The position numbers were made by a program, and so were the translations under genes. The notes under the pieces were generated by a model. It was not told the origin of the DNA. It did not search any database and saw nothing but the letters and a program-made list of their open reading frames with translations. 64,000 nucleotides of DNA. It comes from Antedon mediterranea (taxonomy: Eukaryota; Animalia; Echinodermata). The stretch spans positions 16,988,001-17,052,000 of the forward strand of contig NC_092671.1 of NCBI RefSeq assembly GCF_964355755.1. Direction: 5' to 3'. Shown piece after piece: positions 1 through 15,700 of the stretch; positions within the stretch are counted from its first letter, which is position 1, and each line of letters starts with the position of its first letter.

Positions 1-710
1 TATACACCTGAATTCAAGAATATACTAACTTATGATTAAGGAACAATATTGAGTCTACGACATACCTACACAAATAAACGAAAACAGGTTCAGACAAAGT
101 TGAAACATGCTCCTTCTTGCTTTGTAACTACCATGCACATGTCTATGTAGCAATAGTATATACATTGCCTCTATAAGCCTAGGTGCCAAAAATAAAATAT
201 AATCTTTCATGTAAAATGAAAAGCTTACACCAAAATTGTATTAATATTACTTAATATAACATTTTATACTACAAATTGTCAATTGTCTTGTACGGTTTTT
301 TTATTTTTGTAAAATTACATTATTGTTTTATAGTTTTGTCAATGTAGTACCTGTACTGCTACCAGCATAATCAATGTGTAGAGCTATATCCTGATTATTC
401 CAACATAATCAATATGTATGATTATTCCAGATTGTTTATCAGTATAAATGAATGTTCTGTTGAATCCCCCATAAGGCATAAAGGGGCATCAGTAAGTCCC
501 AATACTCATCGTAAGTCCCGATACTCATCAGTAGGTCCCAAAACTCATCTAGTTATTTTTACTGTACGTTATCTAACTGATGCATTGAATACCCCCATGT
601 AAATAGAACATAAATATCTTTCAGTGGCACGTAAAGAGGTGAGCATCACCCATTAATGTAACAATCCTACAAAACTACTTATATAACAAAAGGTTCATCT
701 CTTATCTATC

Positions 711-848
711 TTAAGCTCTGTCTACACTATCAAACTTTATGTGACCAAAAAATGTGATGTGCCCATATATGGACATGATAATGTCATATCACTACCATAT
801 TTGGGCATCACACTTTTGTTGTCAAAATACAGTAGTTTAGTGTATACA
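711..848. mobile_element. MITE family A (Harbinger/Tourist-like, TIR GCTCTGTCTACACTATCAAAC)
   Basis: Shares the TIR and interior with six other copies in the window. Confidence 0.75.
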
Positions 849-3466
849 TTTACTCAGTATAAATGATATTGATTTAAACAAAATAGCCTTTACTTAATAG
901 AAGGTTTAGCTATATCTCTGAATATTTGTTGGCAAAGTTTGCTAGTGCAGACTTCTCCAGTTTGCCTAAGTTTGTCAACAGGTCTTTTCTTAAAAAGCTT
1001 GGAGTTTGCTTAAAACAAAAGTTTAATAGTGTAGACAGGGTTAAGTTTACGAACCTACAAACATATATACATTAGTATAGACAGTGCAGAATAAATTAAC
1101 AATTGTAAATACAATCACAAAAATAAATAAATTATATATTGTTTGAAGGTTTGCATGGTGAAATAATAAAAAATGAATAAAAAACAAATTATATGTAAGT
1201 ATATATATATATAATTGTCTTCCTTAATATTTGTGAAAGAAAATTGTCTAGTTGTTTATTGTTAATGTTGTAACAAAATTGTGCAATGTAAAATAATTTA
1301 GTCTTTCATTCGGAAAAAAAGATTGTCTTGTGGGCATATTTTACACCCCTTTTACATCGCCTATAAAAAAAAACACACCATAGCACACACCATAAAAAGG
1401 TCAGTGTTGACGCACCAGTGTATGAAAACTCTGGAGTTACGCTAAGCGATGTGTACAGGCTATATAACATATAGATATCATCTTCAGTTCAAAATGGTGC
1501 ATTTTTGTTGTGAATATTATTTAGCATTTTGCATAGCACGTTTGTTGACATTTTACGCGCTTTGTGTTCATAATCAGTGTACTATGTCCCATATACCTGA
1601 CGCAGCCTATATATTGTGCAAGTTCTGCGGTACATATCATTTCGAAACCTGAGCTGCACTGATGAGATCCAGTAAGATCAAAACAGTACTGTCTGCAGAC
1701 TGAATATATATAGTATAAATAGTAATAAGTAACAAAGAATAAAATGATAAAAAAGTAAAAATAACAATAATCTTTAGGCATAAATTATTATAATTATTAT
1801 CTATATATAAATTTACATAAGGGCAAAATTTGGTAAATAGCGCGTTACTTCGATGGTATATAAAGTTGGTTAGAATCTTGGTACTGATTTTAACTACCTG
1901 ATGTAACCCTGTTTACTAATTAAATTGAGTTAGATAATTGTTATTGACAATTAAAACGAATTTAGGTTCAACGATTTGCCCCAAATAGGGGTGTTTTCCG
2001 ATCGTAGTATACACTGTCTAATGGATGTCTATCCTGAAAAATACCCGCTCACAATTATACGAGAATGCTTCGCATTTTCCTATCTCCTCCTACGATAATT
2101 GTTGTTAATAGCTGAAAACAGCTCGAGTACAGCATCATAGTGTTGAAGACAGACCGATTTTCTTAAAAAAATACTATTTTGCTAGATTTAATATACGTTT
2201 ATACAAATCTATTATTTGGTTTAACCATAGATAGGCTTACCTCCATGGTTTAACACAAGTAGGTAAATTTATGGGCCCTTGGAGAGTAAACATAAATTGT
2301 ATTGCAATGCTATACAATACTGTAAATAGGTATTAACCACTTTTGGTCGCCACTACTATGAGTGTTGGTACTGTAAGATATAATAATATAAACAAATATA
2401 TAAATAGACTTTATTACTGTGAGTGTGGGTAGGCCCTACTGTAAGATTATAAACACATAATATACAAATAAATAAACTTTATTACGGACAGTTGCTTCTC
2501 AAGGTTTGTATTAATTAATAATTAGCAAATATATAAACGTCGTAGTGGTGTATCGTTACATTTACTTTATTATTTCAATCGATTATGACAGTGAGAGTTT
2601 TAACAAAGTATTAAATCGCAAATGTGTTACTGTATCAAGTGGTATATTATTTATAGGCCTATTAAACATGAAAAACATATTTAGTTACTGAGTAGATAAA
2701 GAGTATATTTAAAAATTGTTTCTCTTTGTACCCATCCTCTTCCCCAACCCTCAATCCTAATGTTACATTCAAAACACATATTGAGTTTGTTTAAATGAGT
2801 CCAAATAAAAAAATTGGACTCATTTTGTGACAAGTTTCTCTCGCAGAAGTAATTCCCAGGGTGCTAATTTTGGTTGACAACATAAATCATTGTGTCTATT
2901 TATTCGTTTCCGTAAACGACAATGTATTATAGTCCTGCAGTACGTATTTGAAAACTTCAGTTTTTTCTCGCTGGAATTACTGTGTATTCGAGAACCATCT
3001 GTGGGCAAGACCTAGATCTGTGGGCACCAACAATTAATGAAAACAATTTTAGTTATTTTGAAGCTCAACAATTTGTTGCACTGAACACTGAATGCGATTC
3101 TCAAGCTGTGACCAAATTTCAGATATTAAAATTTTGGGAAAAAATAGTCTTTAGTCTTTTCCTTTTTTTTTGTAAAATAGTATGAATAACAAAATACTTG
3201 TATGGTTTCACATTATTAGTTTGTAGAATAACTTTTGATAAATTTGAATACTGCCCTCTTGAATTGTCACCTATAGGATTGTTCCAATTAAGACAGACAA
3301 GCCATATATACCAAATTAATAACCTTTATAACAATTATATTCAATTGTGTTTAATTTTAAGATTTTATTTCAGGCATATTCAAATTCCTAAATCATATGG
3401 CTTATTCAATTATAGATACAAAATATTTAATTTCCCCTGCTTTTATTTTGGAAGAGCCCAAAAAGT

Positions 3467-3545
3467 TTGCTGAGTGAGTCACTGATCACACTCAGCAAGT
3501 GATTCAGTCAGACCATTGACGAGAGAAGTGTTTGATATATAAGTA
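3467..3545 (+). promoter_or_regulatory. Putative spondin core promoter: palindrome containing an AP-1 site, plus a TATA box
   Basis: ttgctgagtg...cactcagcaa inverted repeat containing TGAGTCA (3475-3481); TATATAAG at ~3536, about 55 nt before the ATG. Confidence 0.45.
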
Positions 3546-3593
3546 TCTAAAGTCAAGTCCTTCAAATTGGACACAAACCGTGCTAGCTAGAAA

Positions 3594-3789
3594 ATGGCTG
3601 GTAAACTATGCATTTTGGTTATTTTAATATATACATGTAAAGCACAACTAGCTTATTCGGATGCAATTACTATTGGCTGTGATCGTCAACCGACAGACTT
3701 TATAGCGGATAAATTAGATGGGGACAATGGATTTCGATTGCGATTCCATCGTCATCCCGCGGTGTACGAACGTGGTAACATTTACAGAG
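3594..3789 (+). CDS. SPON1: spondin exon 1 (signal peptide, start of Reeler)
   Basis: MAGKLCILVILIYTCKAQ...YERGNIYR; donor g|gtaag, phase 1. Confidence 0.85.
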
Positions 3790-6700
3790 GTAAGAGCATG
3801 TACAGCAATTGTAGGTGTATGATATATGTTTGTCTCGAGAGCCCTTGATTACATTGTACAATAACAATCATACAATACCCAATCAAATTTATATATGCTC
3901 TCTACAGACCACAAATTTATAGTTGGAGAATCAGATACAAAATATAAGTTGTTTGATGGTTATTTTTTAAGAGAGGTTTAAGCTAGTAGTAGGTCAAGGG
4001 ATGTTATGTATTTGATTGTCTGAAGTATGCATGTTATCTTGATAAAGGTGCCTTGATTGAACCCTGATTGTTCTCATTGAATAGGTCAACATTCTGTTTG
4101 ATCAATATTCATAGGATTCTCTCTTCTTGAGATTCACAGCGTTATTTCAAATACAATGTTTCCTAACGATAAATCAACATAAAACTCTGTCTACACTATC
4201 AAACTAGTTTGACAAAAAAAGTGTTATGTGCCCAAATAAGGTGGTGATATGACATCATCATGACCATATATAGGCACATCATATTTCGTTTGTCACATAA
4301 AGTTAGATTGTGTAGACAGAGCTTCAGATTTCTAGTTTATGTATTTGTATTTGTCCTAGTTCTGAATGTCAATGTTATTGTTTCCCTAATAAAGTTTAAA
4401 TTAGATGCCAACTTTGGATTCTGTTTGAAAACACTAAATTATTTTAGTACATCATAAATTGTTATTATTTGTATATTTTATTGCAGCATATGCTAGTTTG
4501 TCACGACTAACATTAAATGTTATAATTTATTCAAATAAATTTCCATCTTAAATTGCTACCAGTACCATTAATTTATCCTATTTATTGCAACATGGTTTTT
4601 GATGGCTCTTAAATTTTTTTGCATTTTGTAAGATTATTATTTTGTTTCAGTTTGATTTTGTTGGTGTTTCCAAGTGTCTTATTATTACTGTAATACTACA
4701 ATAGCTTTGCCTAACTACTGTATTGTTGGTACAGTTAATGACCTTCGTTCTACCACTTTATATACTGTGTATAGAATACAGTCTTACAATACATATTTTG
4801 TTATGGCAAATAATTATGTACAGTACCTGTGTAATATAGGACAGGACACAATATATATGTATGTATATATATATGTATGTTTACATTGATAGGACAGGGA
4901 AATTTTATTTATACTTATGTATGATATTTATATTATAGGTACTGTACATGGTTTTACAATAGAAAACTATAGGCTGCTTCCCGATGAATAAAGAATTGCT
5001 TGAAGGTTGAACTCTGTGTATTTTCTATTTGGAAAATGAATATTAGTTAATTTGATCAAGGAAGAGTTAAATTAATTTCACTCTTCCCTGATTTGATTGC
5101 ATATTTTGGAACCATTAAATGGGAGGGGTGGGTGTGTGCTACAATGGTAGGATGTTTCCACAGATTTACAAAAAGGAAATAATGATCTATCACAAATGAA
5201 GTGTGAAGGTAACATACAGTATTTGTGAATCCTTGAATACACAATAGGAATAAAGTGATGTCTTGCAATAATGTTAAGTTTCAATTTGAGGAAGACATGA
5301 ATACTAACTGAAGTTGCTTCATAATTAGGCCTTGTCAACGACAAATAATGAATATCCTTAGGCCTTACCATATAATAGTATCTAAATATTAAGAATGCCA
5401 GACTTACTGATAAATGTTTATACATCATATGTGTATCTTCATTTTGTTTCTTTACCAGGCTGTGGGAAAGAATTAAATGGTAATTAAATAACCATTGGAT
5501 GTTTGGGTTTATAAACATCCTATAGAGTAGGGTTAAATGAAAGACCAAGCTCTACCTGTGAACAAGCTGTAAGATCAACATATAACCAGCAAGTGATGTT
5601 TTGTCTAAAGTTCAAAGCCTTTTAATTTCAGCAGGGGGTAGGCCCAATTGATAGATTTGTATCTGCAAGACAGTGTATTGAAAAACGAATGTATAACATA
5701 AAAAAATATAATAATATTATATATATGTGATTTTGCACATGGCATGAGATAAAATAATGTAATTAGTACTTCTGACTTGTTTTGGTCTGAAATAATGCTC
5801 TTTATACAGAATAATCATTTATCTAAAGAATGGTCTATACTCTAATTTTTACATAGCTAATGCCGGTAATCACAAATGGAAATAATTTAAGATTTAGCAT
5901 TTAACAGTAATTAACAGTGATAATATTGAAATTGTCTATATATACTTACTTCAAATGTATGGCCCAAAGTCCAACCAATGTACAGTTTTTGGAATAAAAT
6001 TAATCTGCAGGATAGAAAAAAAAATTAAAATGTTATTCCTCGAATAAAGGAATTGTTCTTTATCAATCAAATTCAACTGGATAGTAAAAAAACATATGTC
6101 ATAAAAAAAAGATATAAAATGATAGATAGACATAATTTAGGAGCGTGAATCAGGTTACCTGGAGGAAGGTCATTTTAATGTAAAATAGTTATTGTTCTCT
6201 TATATAATATATAGTATATATTTCAAAAACAATTTATTATATAATCTTTAATCAAGAAGCTTTAATATGAAACATAATTCATATGATTTTACTGTATAGA
6301 CTTTAGTATTAAACATTTGAACATAATTTATAAGATCTTTAACAACAATATAGTTTACCTGTGGTGTTCAGTTCAAGTAACTGTTATCTATTTCATTCAA
6401 CATTTATTAATTTATAGCTAAACGGAATAATATAAAGTGATAGAACAAAATACATTCAATAGATTGACCTAGAAAATGCATCAGTTATTTCAAACATGGT
6501 ACATGTTATAACAGTTTTTTCTCTTTTTGTCTTTGATGGATTTATTTAAATCCTAATTTATATAAGATACACCAACATGAATACTGTATTAGGTAACTAT
6601 TCACAGGGGTACATGTATTTTTCCTTTCATGTAATTCCATAATTGCTTTTTTTCGCATAACAAACAAATATTATTTACGGTTGCTTTTTGTTCATGTCTA

Positions 6701-9700
6701 AAATATGACATCAACATCAACTGTTGATTTAATAATTTATAATTGAAATGTTGTTAACATTCAATAATATCATTTAATTGTTTTTATGGCCATTAGAAAT
6801 ATACTACAGTACTGTACCCATAGTTTGTTGTCCAAAATATTCTATTTTGATATGATTAACTGTCAAGTTAATATAATTATCTAATTAATTTTTAATATTC
6901 AGTAATATTGTAATTGTCCTTATAGTGCTACTCACTTTTGAGTTACATTACCATTTAATAATATATAATTGTAAGGTTTTTTTTTATATTTAATAAGTTT
7001 TTTTGCCGGTCACAAGTACACTACTGTAGTCTATTATGATTAACTTAATCAATTTTGAGTTATAATTTATAATTGAAACATTTTTAATATTCAGTAATAT
7101 TGTAATTGTTTTAGTGCACCAAACTTTTGATTTACCAATAATTATAATTGAAAAGTTTTAAATATTTTAGTCTTTAGTGTCCATTGCAAGTACACTACTG
7201 TATAAACATTGTATGCTAATTATGATTCACCTGATAACTTTTGAGTTATAATTTATAATTGAAATGTTTTTAAATAACATTGTTTTAATTGTTTTTAGTT
7301 TCCATCGCAAGTATCCTACCCACATCCTTTATAGGGTTTATGCTGACTGCCTCGGATGCGACAGATGTCAGCCGATCAGTTGGAACTTTTGAGGTAACAC
7401 AATATTAATTAAGAATAATATTATGTTAAATTAACAAGGTTCCAATGTGCCATGTGTCAAAATATGGGTTGTTAAACACATTCAAAAAGATGCAAGTTAT
7501 ATAGAGTATATACAGCAACACATTATTTCCATTTTAATTGGCAAAATAAAATTGAATCTTAAATCTTGAAGGAGACCAGTAAATACTACGAGTGCTATTT
7601 AATGAGTTAAAGCCGAGTTGAATAGGACAGTTTTGCTATTAAATCAATAAATATTCACTCAATTGAACAAATATAAAACATTTATTTTGTTTATAACACA
7701 TCCACTGTATTAGAGTAAACTTTGATTCACTTAATCAGCCGCTTCCACAACAAATTAGGTGCTTGGATCTTGGCTAAGAGAGCAGATCAGTTATAGGCTG
7801 CGCCACCACTAATGGTTGGTTTCCTGTTGCCTAATATGTCACCTTAATAGTACAACAACTTTGTTATATAAAATGTGTATCATGCAATATTACCTTCAAT
7901 CGCTGAAATGGGAGAAAATATTGCATGGCATGTGATACGAAATCAACCAATCAAATGGCAAGGATACACTTCATGTTAGCTTCATCTCTGTATGATTTTA
8001 ATTACATCTTACATCGGATACAGTTATAACTAATTGTTTTTCTCATTCTAGCTTCTTGATTCAAGAGGATCAATGTTTGCACCTTTTTGCACGCATGCTG
8101 TCACTCATACGTCAAACATGATGAGAACACGTATTGGCTTTCGTTGGACTGCACCTTCAGGGGACAATGCACCGTGTGTTCTATTTAGGTATGTAGCTAA
8201 ATCAAAATTCAATATTACGTTCATGTGATAGTGCCTGTTATTAATTATCCTTTACCGATAGTGGCGTAGACAAAAAACGTTACCTGTAACCGATACATGA
8301 GATGAGGATGAGTCAATAACGATAAGTGAATAACATTCCCTTGAGGGAAAACCAACGCTATTAGTAGTGTTCAATTACTTCTAGTGAAGTTAATATGTAC
8401 TTGTTGTGTTGTATCGTGTTCTTAAAGAACAGTTTTTTGATAAAAATAGACTGAAGTATAAGATGGTTACTGTATGGTAGTTTAGGAAGATTACTTTATT
8501 TCTTACTAATTAAATCTTTTACTGTGTATGTGCTTACCTTCACATTGGGAACTTTTCAATTAACACACACCATTAAAGACTAGGCCTACACAGCAATATT
8601 GTGTTCATGACCATCAATAGACTTGCCCCAAGTCTGTATTGTTTTTTTTATATAATTTATTTGTTTTTATTTCGACCGCGATTTTTGTCTGAAAATACAG
8701 ACTTGTGAAACACGTATAGAAATCGATTTGCAGACCGCAAACAACTGATAAGAATGACGTAGGTTATCATACCGTATTTGGCTATATGGGGCGGGCGGTA
8801 TGTAAATATGGATTTCAAATCAACCAATGATCATTTTGTTTCAAAATGAAAAAGATCGAGTACGTACAGTGCTGAATGTACGATCGAGACTGTTGAAATA
8901 TGAAATCGTGTTGCCAAGTTGTTTTGTTTATTAATTGTTTAGTCCTTAGCCTAGGCCTACTTCAACTCGCACGTATGATCTGCCAAATAAAACGCCAATA
9001 AGAGGTAGGCCTACATACCACCACCGGCACACAACAGGATTCACACAACAGACAGGGCTACGACACCACTACACAGAACAGGACAGGGTCTAGGTGGGAT
9101 TTAAATCAAATTATCTCCGCGTAATATTATTAATTAAATGATCCATTCAATGTTTGATTTGCGGAGAAGCAAGACGAGTTTTCATGTTCTTGGGGAAAAT
9201 CCCATCAAAATCATTTCTAGCCTTCAGAAACATAACATAACATAGCGCATGCGTACCATCTTAGTTGTTGAGTCTTTGAAATTCTGAAATATGAATATTA
9301 AAACAGTGTACGAGTGAGTAGCCAATCGCATGCAGCTGAAACTAGTCAACCGGATAATCTATGCACCAAGAATTCTTGGTGTCAAACCACGTGACTTTTG
9401 CGTGTTTCCCCAGACGGAGTATCCAAACTCAAGTAATACACGTATGAAACGCCATATGTGCAAAAATGTTTATATTTTTACTAATATTAAGAAAAAACTC
9501 CGTCTGGAGCCCAGACTAGACCATCAACTAAGAATTTGCTATAAGTACAGAAGCTATCACAACCATCCTATTTTGTATCATAACTAATATTCGGCAATTT
9601 CATAAATTTATCTGGAGCAAGTATGTATGTGCTCTTAATCATTATCATCAAATGTACAGATGAAAATACATAAAAAGTCGTGGTATAAGCTTTGCACAGT

Positions 9701-12700
9701 CAATTCTCCCAATAACAGGACACCCTTGGGCTAGGTCATAGCATCTGTTTTCAAAGAAAGCTTCGCAATTTTAAATTTACCTTGAGAAAATTTTTATGAA
9801 GTACGTTTTTAAAGAGTTGACTTTTGTGAACAGAATTTGTATTATTTGAGAAGATTTTCATACCTGAATGAAGATGACACCTGAGACATTAACGCTAATG
9901 ATTAATTAGTTGTAACAATTTGTGAAACCCTTAAAAATTTGCTAAGCATGACAGATAACTGAAGGCTATGTGTTTTATGAAGTGTTAAGAAATTTAAAAT
10001 CGCTGAAAATGACATCTCTGCTTGTATTAATATTGTACATGACTGGTTTCTGTGAATTAAATCAAGAAGCATACATACTGTACACATATGTTTACACATA
10101 TTATTAAGCCCTAACATGATGGAAATAGATGCATAAACACTTGACATTTCAAATCAACGAAACGTTTTGTTTCATGTATTTATTATTCCAATTTATTGTG
10201 TTTTTATAATAATGGATGTTTATGAGTTGGATGGTGAGAATATTTTATAAGTTGAAAAAAAAGACTGTTTTATTTTTAAAGAGGCGGAGCTAAGTTGAAA
10301 ATAGAGCAGTCAATTTGTCATCAAATCAAATATTCTCTCCATTCAACAAAATTATACAAATAATTTATTATTTGTTTTATAACACACCTACTTTTATTCA
10401 ATTTATCCATTGTAAATCTTTAATGAAAATAGACTGAAAAGATAGGTCATTAAAAAGGCAGTGCTCCAACTTCAGACGTAGAGTAAAACAGTTATAGACA
10501 GCGCGCAAAACAAATTGATTTCCGAAAGCGATCAGTCAACAACACTGCGTGGCAAAAATTCTCAAAATGTTTACATAAAGCATGTTAATTATTACCATTA
10601 CATATCACTTTTTCGTTAGATAGGGCCAAATAACACATGATACGTAATTGACCAATCAAATTGCAAGATGCATATCATGGCTGTCTGTCCTCTACAAACT
10701 ATATGAGTTGATGCGGAGAACAGAAGTATTGAATACAAAAATGTATTACCTTTACCATTAAGAGCATTCTATTCATCAGAGCCACTTTTTTTTCTTCAGA
10801 TATTCTTATTGAAGTAAATAACTTTACCACCTGTAATAATACATACAAATTTAGGTATTTGTTTATACACCAATTGTGAGAATGGTACTCATGTTATGTT
10901 TTACTTGATGAGTAAACGGTCATACATTAACTGTTAATGATCGACAAATTTAAAAGCTTTGAAATGTCTTACTCCTGGGCTGTCACCCTTTCAATACTAG
11001 TAATCAAAAACTGACTTTTATAAACATTCAAGACGTAAGAAAACGCAATCCAATTTGATATGTAATCACTATAAAATTCAAATCACATTTTAGTATTACG
11101 AGGATTACAGTATTTGATATATTATTTTGACATTTAGACTCAATAAAACACCTAGATTATCTATATTTGATTGACGTGCCCATACAGTAATCACATATCA
11201 GCTGAACTTTGGAGGATGGGTTAAATAATCTCTGGAGATTTACAGTACTATCTATTTTTAACTAAGGCTGTGTTTATACAACATCCTAAATTTGAACACG
11301 TCTTTAATTTTTAGCCTGTTGCACGGGCCGAGGTCAACCCCACAAAAACCTTGCAGTTATACATGAAATCGTAATACCGTGTTATACCAAGTTGTATATT
11401 GCAAGCATTATGAATTAATATGAGTTTATTAAGGATTTTAATAAAGGATGATTTCGTTTAAAATTTAGTTTATTCAATTATTGATTTTTTAAATCTGCTT
11501 TTGAAATTAGAAAAAAAAAATGTTTTACAATTAGGATAAAACTATGCTACATTTTGCCAAATTATGCCAACATTTGATTAGCGTTAATGTTAAGTGCTAA
11601 ATCGGTTAAAATATGCAAAAAAAAAGCACAATTATCTACTAGATTTGGTCAACATTTTCACACCACATACTTTTATTTAACATGAGGTCAAAACAATACC
11701 CTGAGGACACTTCCAACACGCCAACAGCAACCGGGAATCCACAAAATTTTAGGATTCAGCCAAGTAGCCTTTTTGCAATTAAAATCTCATTACACGGAAT
11801 CTCTTTGATGTTATACAACACACTTCTCGTAGGCGTGTTCAATATGCGTGTTGTATAAACGCACCCTAAAACTCACTAAAATACTTTATAATAAAACTAT
11901 ACTGTATATGACAGGTATGACTAATTGTCTGTCTGTCTAGCTTTTATGCGAATATGTATCAAACCGAGTGCAAATTTTAACTGAAAAGAGTCAATTGTCA
12001 CTTGACTAGTGATAAAAATATATAACATTGTATGTTACATCTATGTTCTTTGGCCCTTAACTTGTTCAATACAATTGGAAAATAGGGTAATAAACCAGTT
12101 TGTATACAGTACTCAGAGCTGACTGACTTCTGCTTCACCAGTGTATTACTAACATCGGCCAACTACACGTTCAATAAAATTGAGTTTTTTCTATAAGAAA
12201 TAGATTACTAAAAACATATTTGAGATAAAGCCAACAAATTCTAAAGCATAATGTTACCATGAACATAACATGTTTTATATCATCAGATGATTGGGTATAG
12301 ACATTACCATAATGCTTTTGGTATGCGTAATTGACATTTATTATGCATGCAAGTTTGCCTAGTGGAATATTAAGAAAAAACAAATCCACTGAAAATGTTT
12401 TTGCATACAAATGTTTCTCTAACCTTGTTTTGGTGATCTCTAAAAATGCACAACGTCTCAAGTAGGGACCATAGCAGTTATACAACTTCAAACTTGATTC
12501 AATAATGCTCCTTCAATACAATAAAAAAAAAAAGACTTAAAATTAAAGATCTCACTGTATTCAAATTCTAGATCTCAAATGTAGTCAAAAGCCTTGTTTG
12601 CACTTTAAATTATTACCATCATTTCATTTGGTTGGTTTTACCAAAATTTAATTGAAAACTATCGATTGAAGTTTGTGGGTAAGAACTCCTAAATTTAGTC

Positions 12701-15700
12701 GCATGTTCAGATTGGACTTTTCTTGATAAAGTTAACAAACTGAAAGTTAATTCATTTATAAAACATAAACGAACATTTTCTCCTGTTTTAAAAGAGTCTG
12801 TCCTACTGTGCAGGCAGTGGTGGCTAAAATTAATCACGATGTTAATTTAACACCGAAGAAATCGTAGCGTAGCCAGCATTAAAATTGGCCTTTTGTTCGT
12901 CAATTTGGCTGGGACTCTTAATTTGACAATATTGAAGTCCAGTGCGAACAAGGCTAAAGGTTACAATTAACAAATTATATAGTAACTATGGAAACCAAAG
13001 TCAAAGGTGTTAAATTGGAAGTATAATTTCTAGTACAAATATATATTATAATATAATAATGAATCAAATATCAGTCAGTGGGGAAATTAAAATACATTGA
13101 ATATTAAATGTCAACAAATGTCTCATTAAAGCCCAATAACCTTAAACTGTTAATCCAATTTAAACTTTTAATTAAGGTATGAGAAACTAATTAGAATTTA
13201 TTAATTATTTATTTTGTAATAAGGATTTTAACACGATAATATTAGCTTCGCGTGGAAAAGTTATCTATGAATGTGTAAATAGGAGATTAATTGCACACGC
13301 TCTGGAGACAAACCCTAATACGTTTGTCCTCATGTTGTTTATTTTAAATACTTTTATATTTTTACCACTACTTGTCTGATCTTATTTACTTAAATATTGT
13401 TTATTTTTATTTGATACAATTATTATTAGTTTATATTTTGTGCTTGTAAAACCAGGCTTAAAGCTCTATATATTGAGCTTATTTGGTCTTTTTCAGGCTT
13501 TGCATCTTTTATTCAATACCTTGAATTAATCTGTAACAACTTATCAAGTGTGATGCATTGTGAAATGAATAAATAAATGAAAAATGAACATGACTGTTTT
13601 TCAGTGGTCAGAGCAAGGAGACCTCCTTTTTTAAATTTTTCTTTTTACAAAATCTGTAAAGCAATGTATTTGCTATGTCTTTCGTAAACTCAACCAGTGT
13701 AACAAATTAAATATTGATATTTTCATGTGTTGTGTATGAAAAAGAGAACTTTGCACATGGTATGCAAACTGCCTGTGTCAGGATAATGTTAAGCTCTGTC
13801 TACACTATCAAACTTTATGTGACAAAATATTTGATGTGCATGATGATGTCATATCACTACCATATTTGGGCACATCACACTTTTTTTGTCAAATTAGTTT
13901 GATAGTGTAGACCAAGCTTTACACCGATACAAATACAGTGTATTGTAACACTGCTGCAATACATACATATACACTAGGTTTTTACTCAGGGTATCCCGAG
14001 TCTAGGACTCTCTCATCTTCTCCTCCATCCGACACTATTGAGTAAAAAGTGCGATTTATAAAGTACTACTTCTCCCTTATTGGTTGTAGTATTGAGCTGG
14101 GATTTGGCATGAATATACTACAGGGACATGTCCTCAAAGCTATAGAGCCGGATTTTTAAATTTCAACCCGGATGCAGCCATATGACGTCTCGAAGATGGT
14201 ACTATATAGCCATATAAACTATTTGGTAGCGAGGTTATTGATGTTTATGGGACGTCATATCTTGTCTTATGACGTCATTACAGGTTCTTTTGCTGTACCC
14301 CGAGTATTGCACATTCGTGCTTGTTTAACTCACAGGTGTTATGTTATGTTCTCAGTTTAAGTCGCACAATGTACCAATAACTGTAATCTATTCTTAATTT
14401 ATTATAAAAATTGTAAAATATTAAAATTGTTTCATTTAAAATACAGTGTCAATAAAATACTAAATCATAATATTCAGTGTTTATAATGATGAATTCAGAT
14501 AAAATCTTTTTTCCAGATATGATATTTGTCTAGACAAAAGATTCTTTATTACAAACATTCATGTATTTTATATCTTCTTCCAATTAAAAATGAAATTGAA
14601 GTCTACTTTCATCTTGATACAACTGAAATGCTCTCTCAAATATAGTTATATTCAAGCATTACATCTTAATGCAATAAGTCAGAGACATTACAAGGTGAAA
14701 ACAATACTCTCTTATAAATGATATAACAGGATTTCTAATTGTCGTTTCAAATGTTCATCAAATGATCATAACAAACACCAATGCTTTTAACCTCTCTAAT
14801 CCATGATATTATTTCCAGGATTGTTTGCCTTCAAACTATGTCATATGTGAGAAAAATTATTTGACATAACAGTCTCAAAAAAGCTTTATTCACTTCTTTC
14901 TCTGTACAGTACAAAGATATATGGAACAAATCAAATTCAGTTTATATGTAGATATGAAAAATGACATGCAGAGATAAATGAAATAACTGCTGTAATATAA
15001 TCTGAAATATATTTAGGGGATTGAGGCCAAGTTAGTAAATATATAAACATATTTTTATCTAAAAAATAGACCCATATTGAAAAGTGTACATTTCTATTTT
15101 TATAGGCATTCCTTTTGGGCATAATATTTTTTAGAACAGTGTACTATATACTATTTAGTAATATGCATGTACAAAATAATGCATGTGATATTTTAGTTAT
15201 TATCTAAAAAATAGAGCAGAATGTGTACACTGCATTCCATAAACACAATGTACTTTCATTTCGATAAATGCCTTTTGGGCATAATATTTTTTAGAACAGT
15301 GTACTATTATACTATATAGTATGATGCATGTACAAAATAATGCATGTGATATTTTAATAAAGCTTTATTTAGGTCAAAGTTTCCAGCAAACACCCACGGC
15401 ACTGAGCAGGTGTCGCCAGAGTATGCTACAGAATTAATCTAAGGAGAAAATGATCCCGAGACTAAATGCTTTATAAATATTGATACAATTCCTTAGCATA
15501 GAGAACCTTAATTAAAATATACCGTCACAAATATGGTAAGATGAAGTGAAGACAAATATTAGTTAGTGTAGTTTAAAAGTTTATAACAAAAGTAGAAAGA
15601 GTCAGAAATAGCTAGAGGATTTTAGTGATAACATTATTCAAAATCACATTAAATTGAGAATACGAATATTAGCAATAATAATTTTTAAAATGAAAATAAT

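Noticed and set aside
5056-5548. 156-aa minus-strand ORF as a host gene
   Set aside because: No splice context. HPPLPFNG weakly resembles decayed CR1/L2 ORF2, but it is too degraded to call.
8570-9640. CpG-richer intronic segment with an NRF1-like site and a few TAGGCCTA motifs, as an internal promoter
   Set aside because: No TIR pair, exon or donor could be pinned down; it could equally be a transposon interior.
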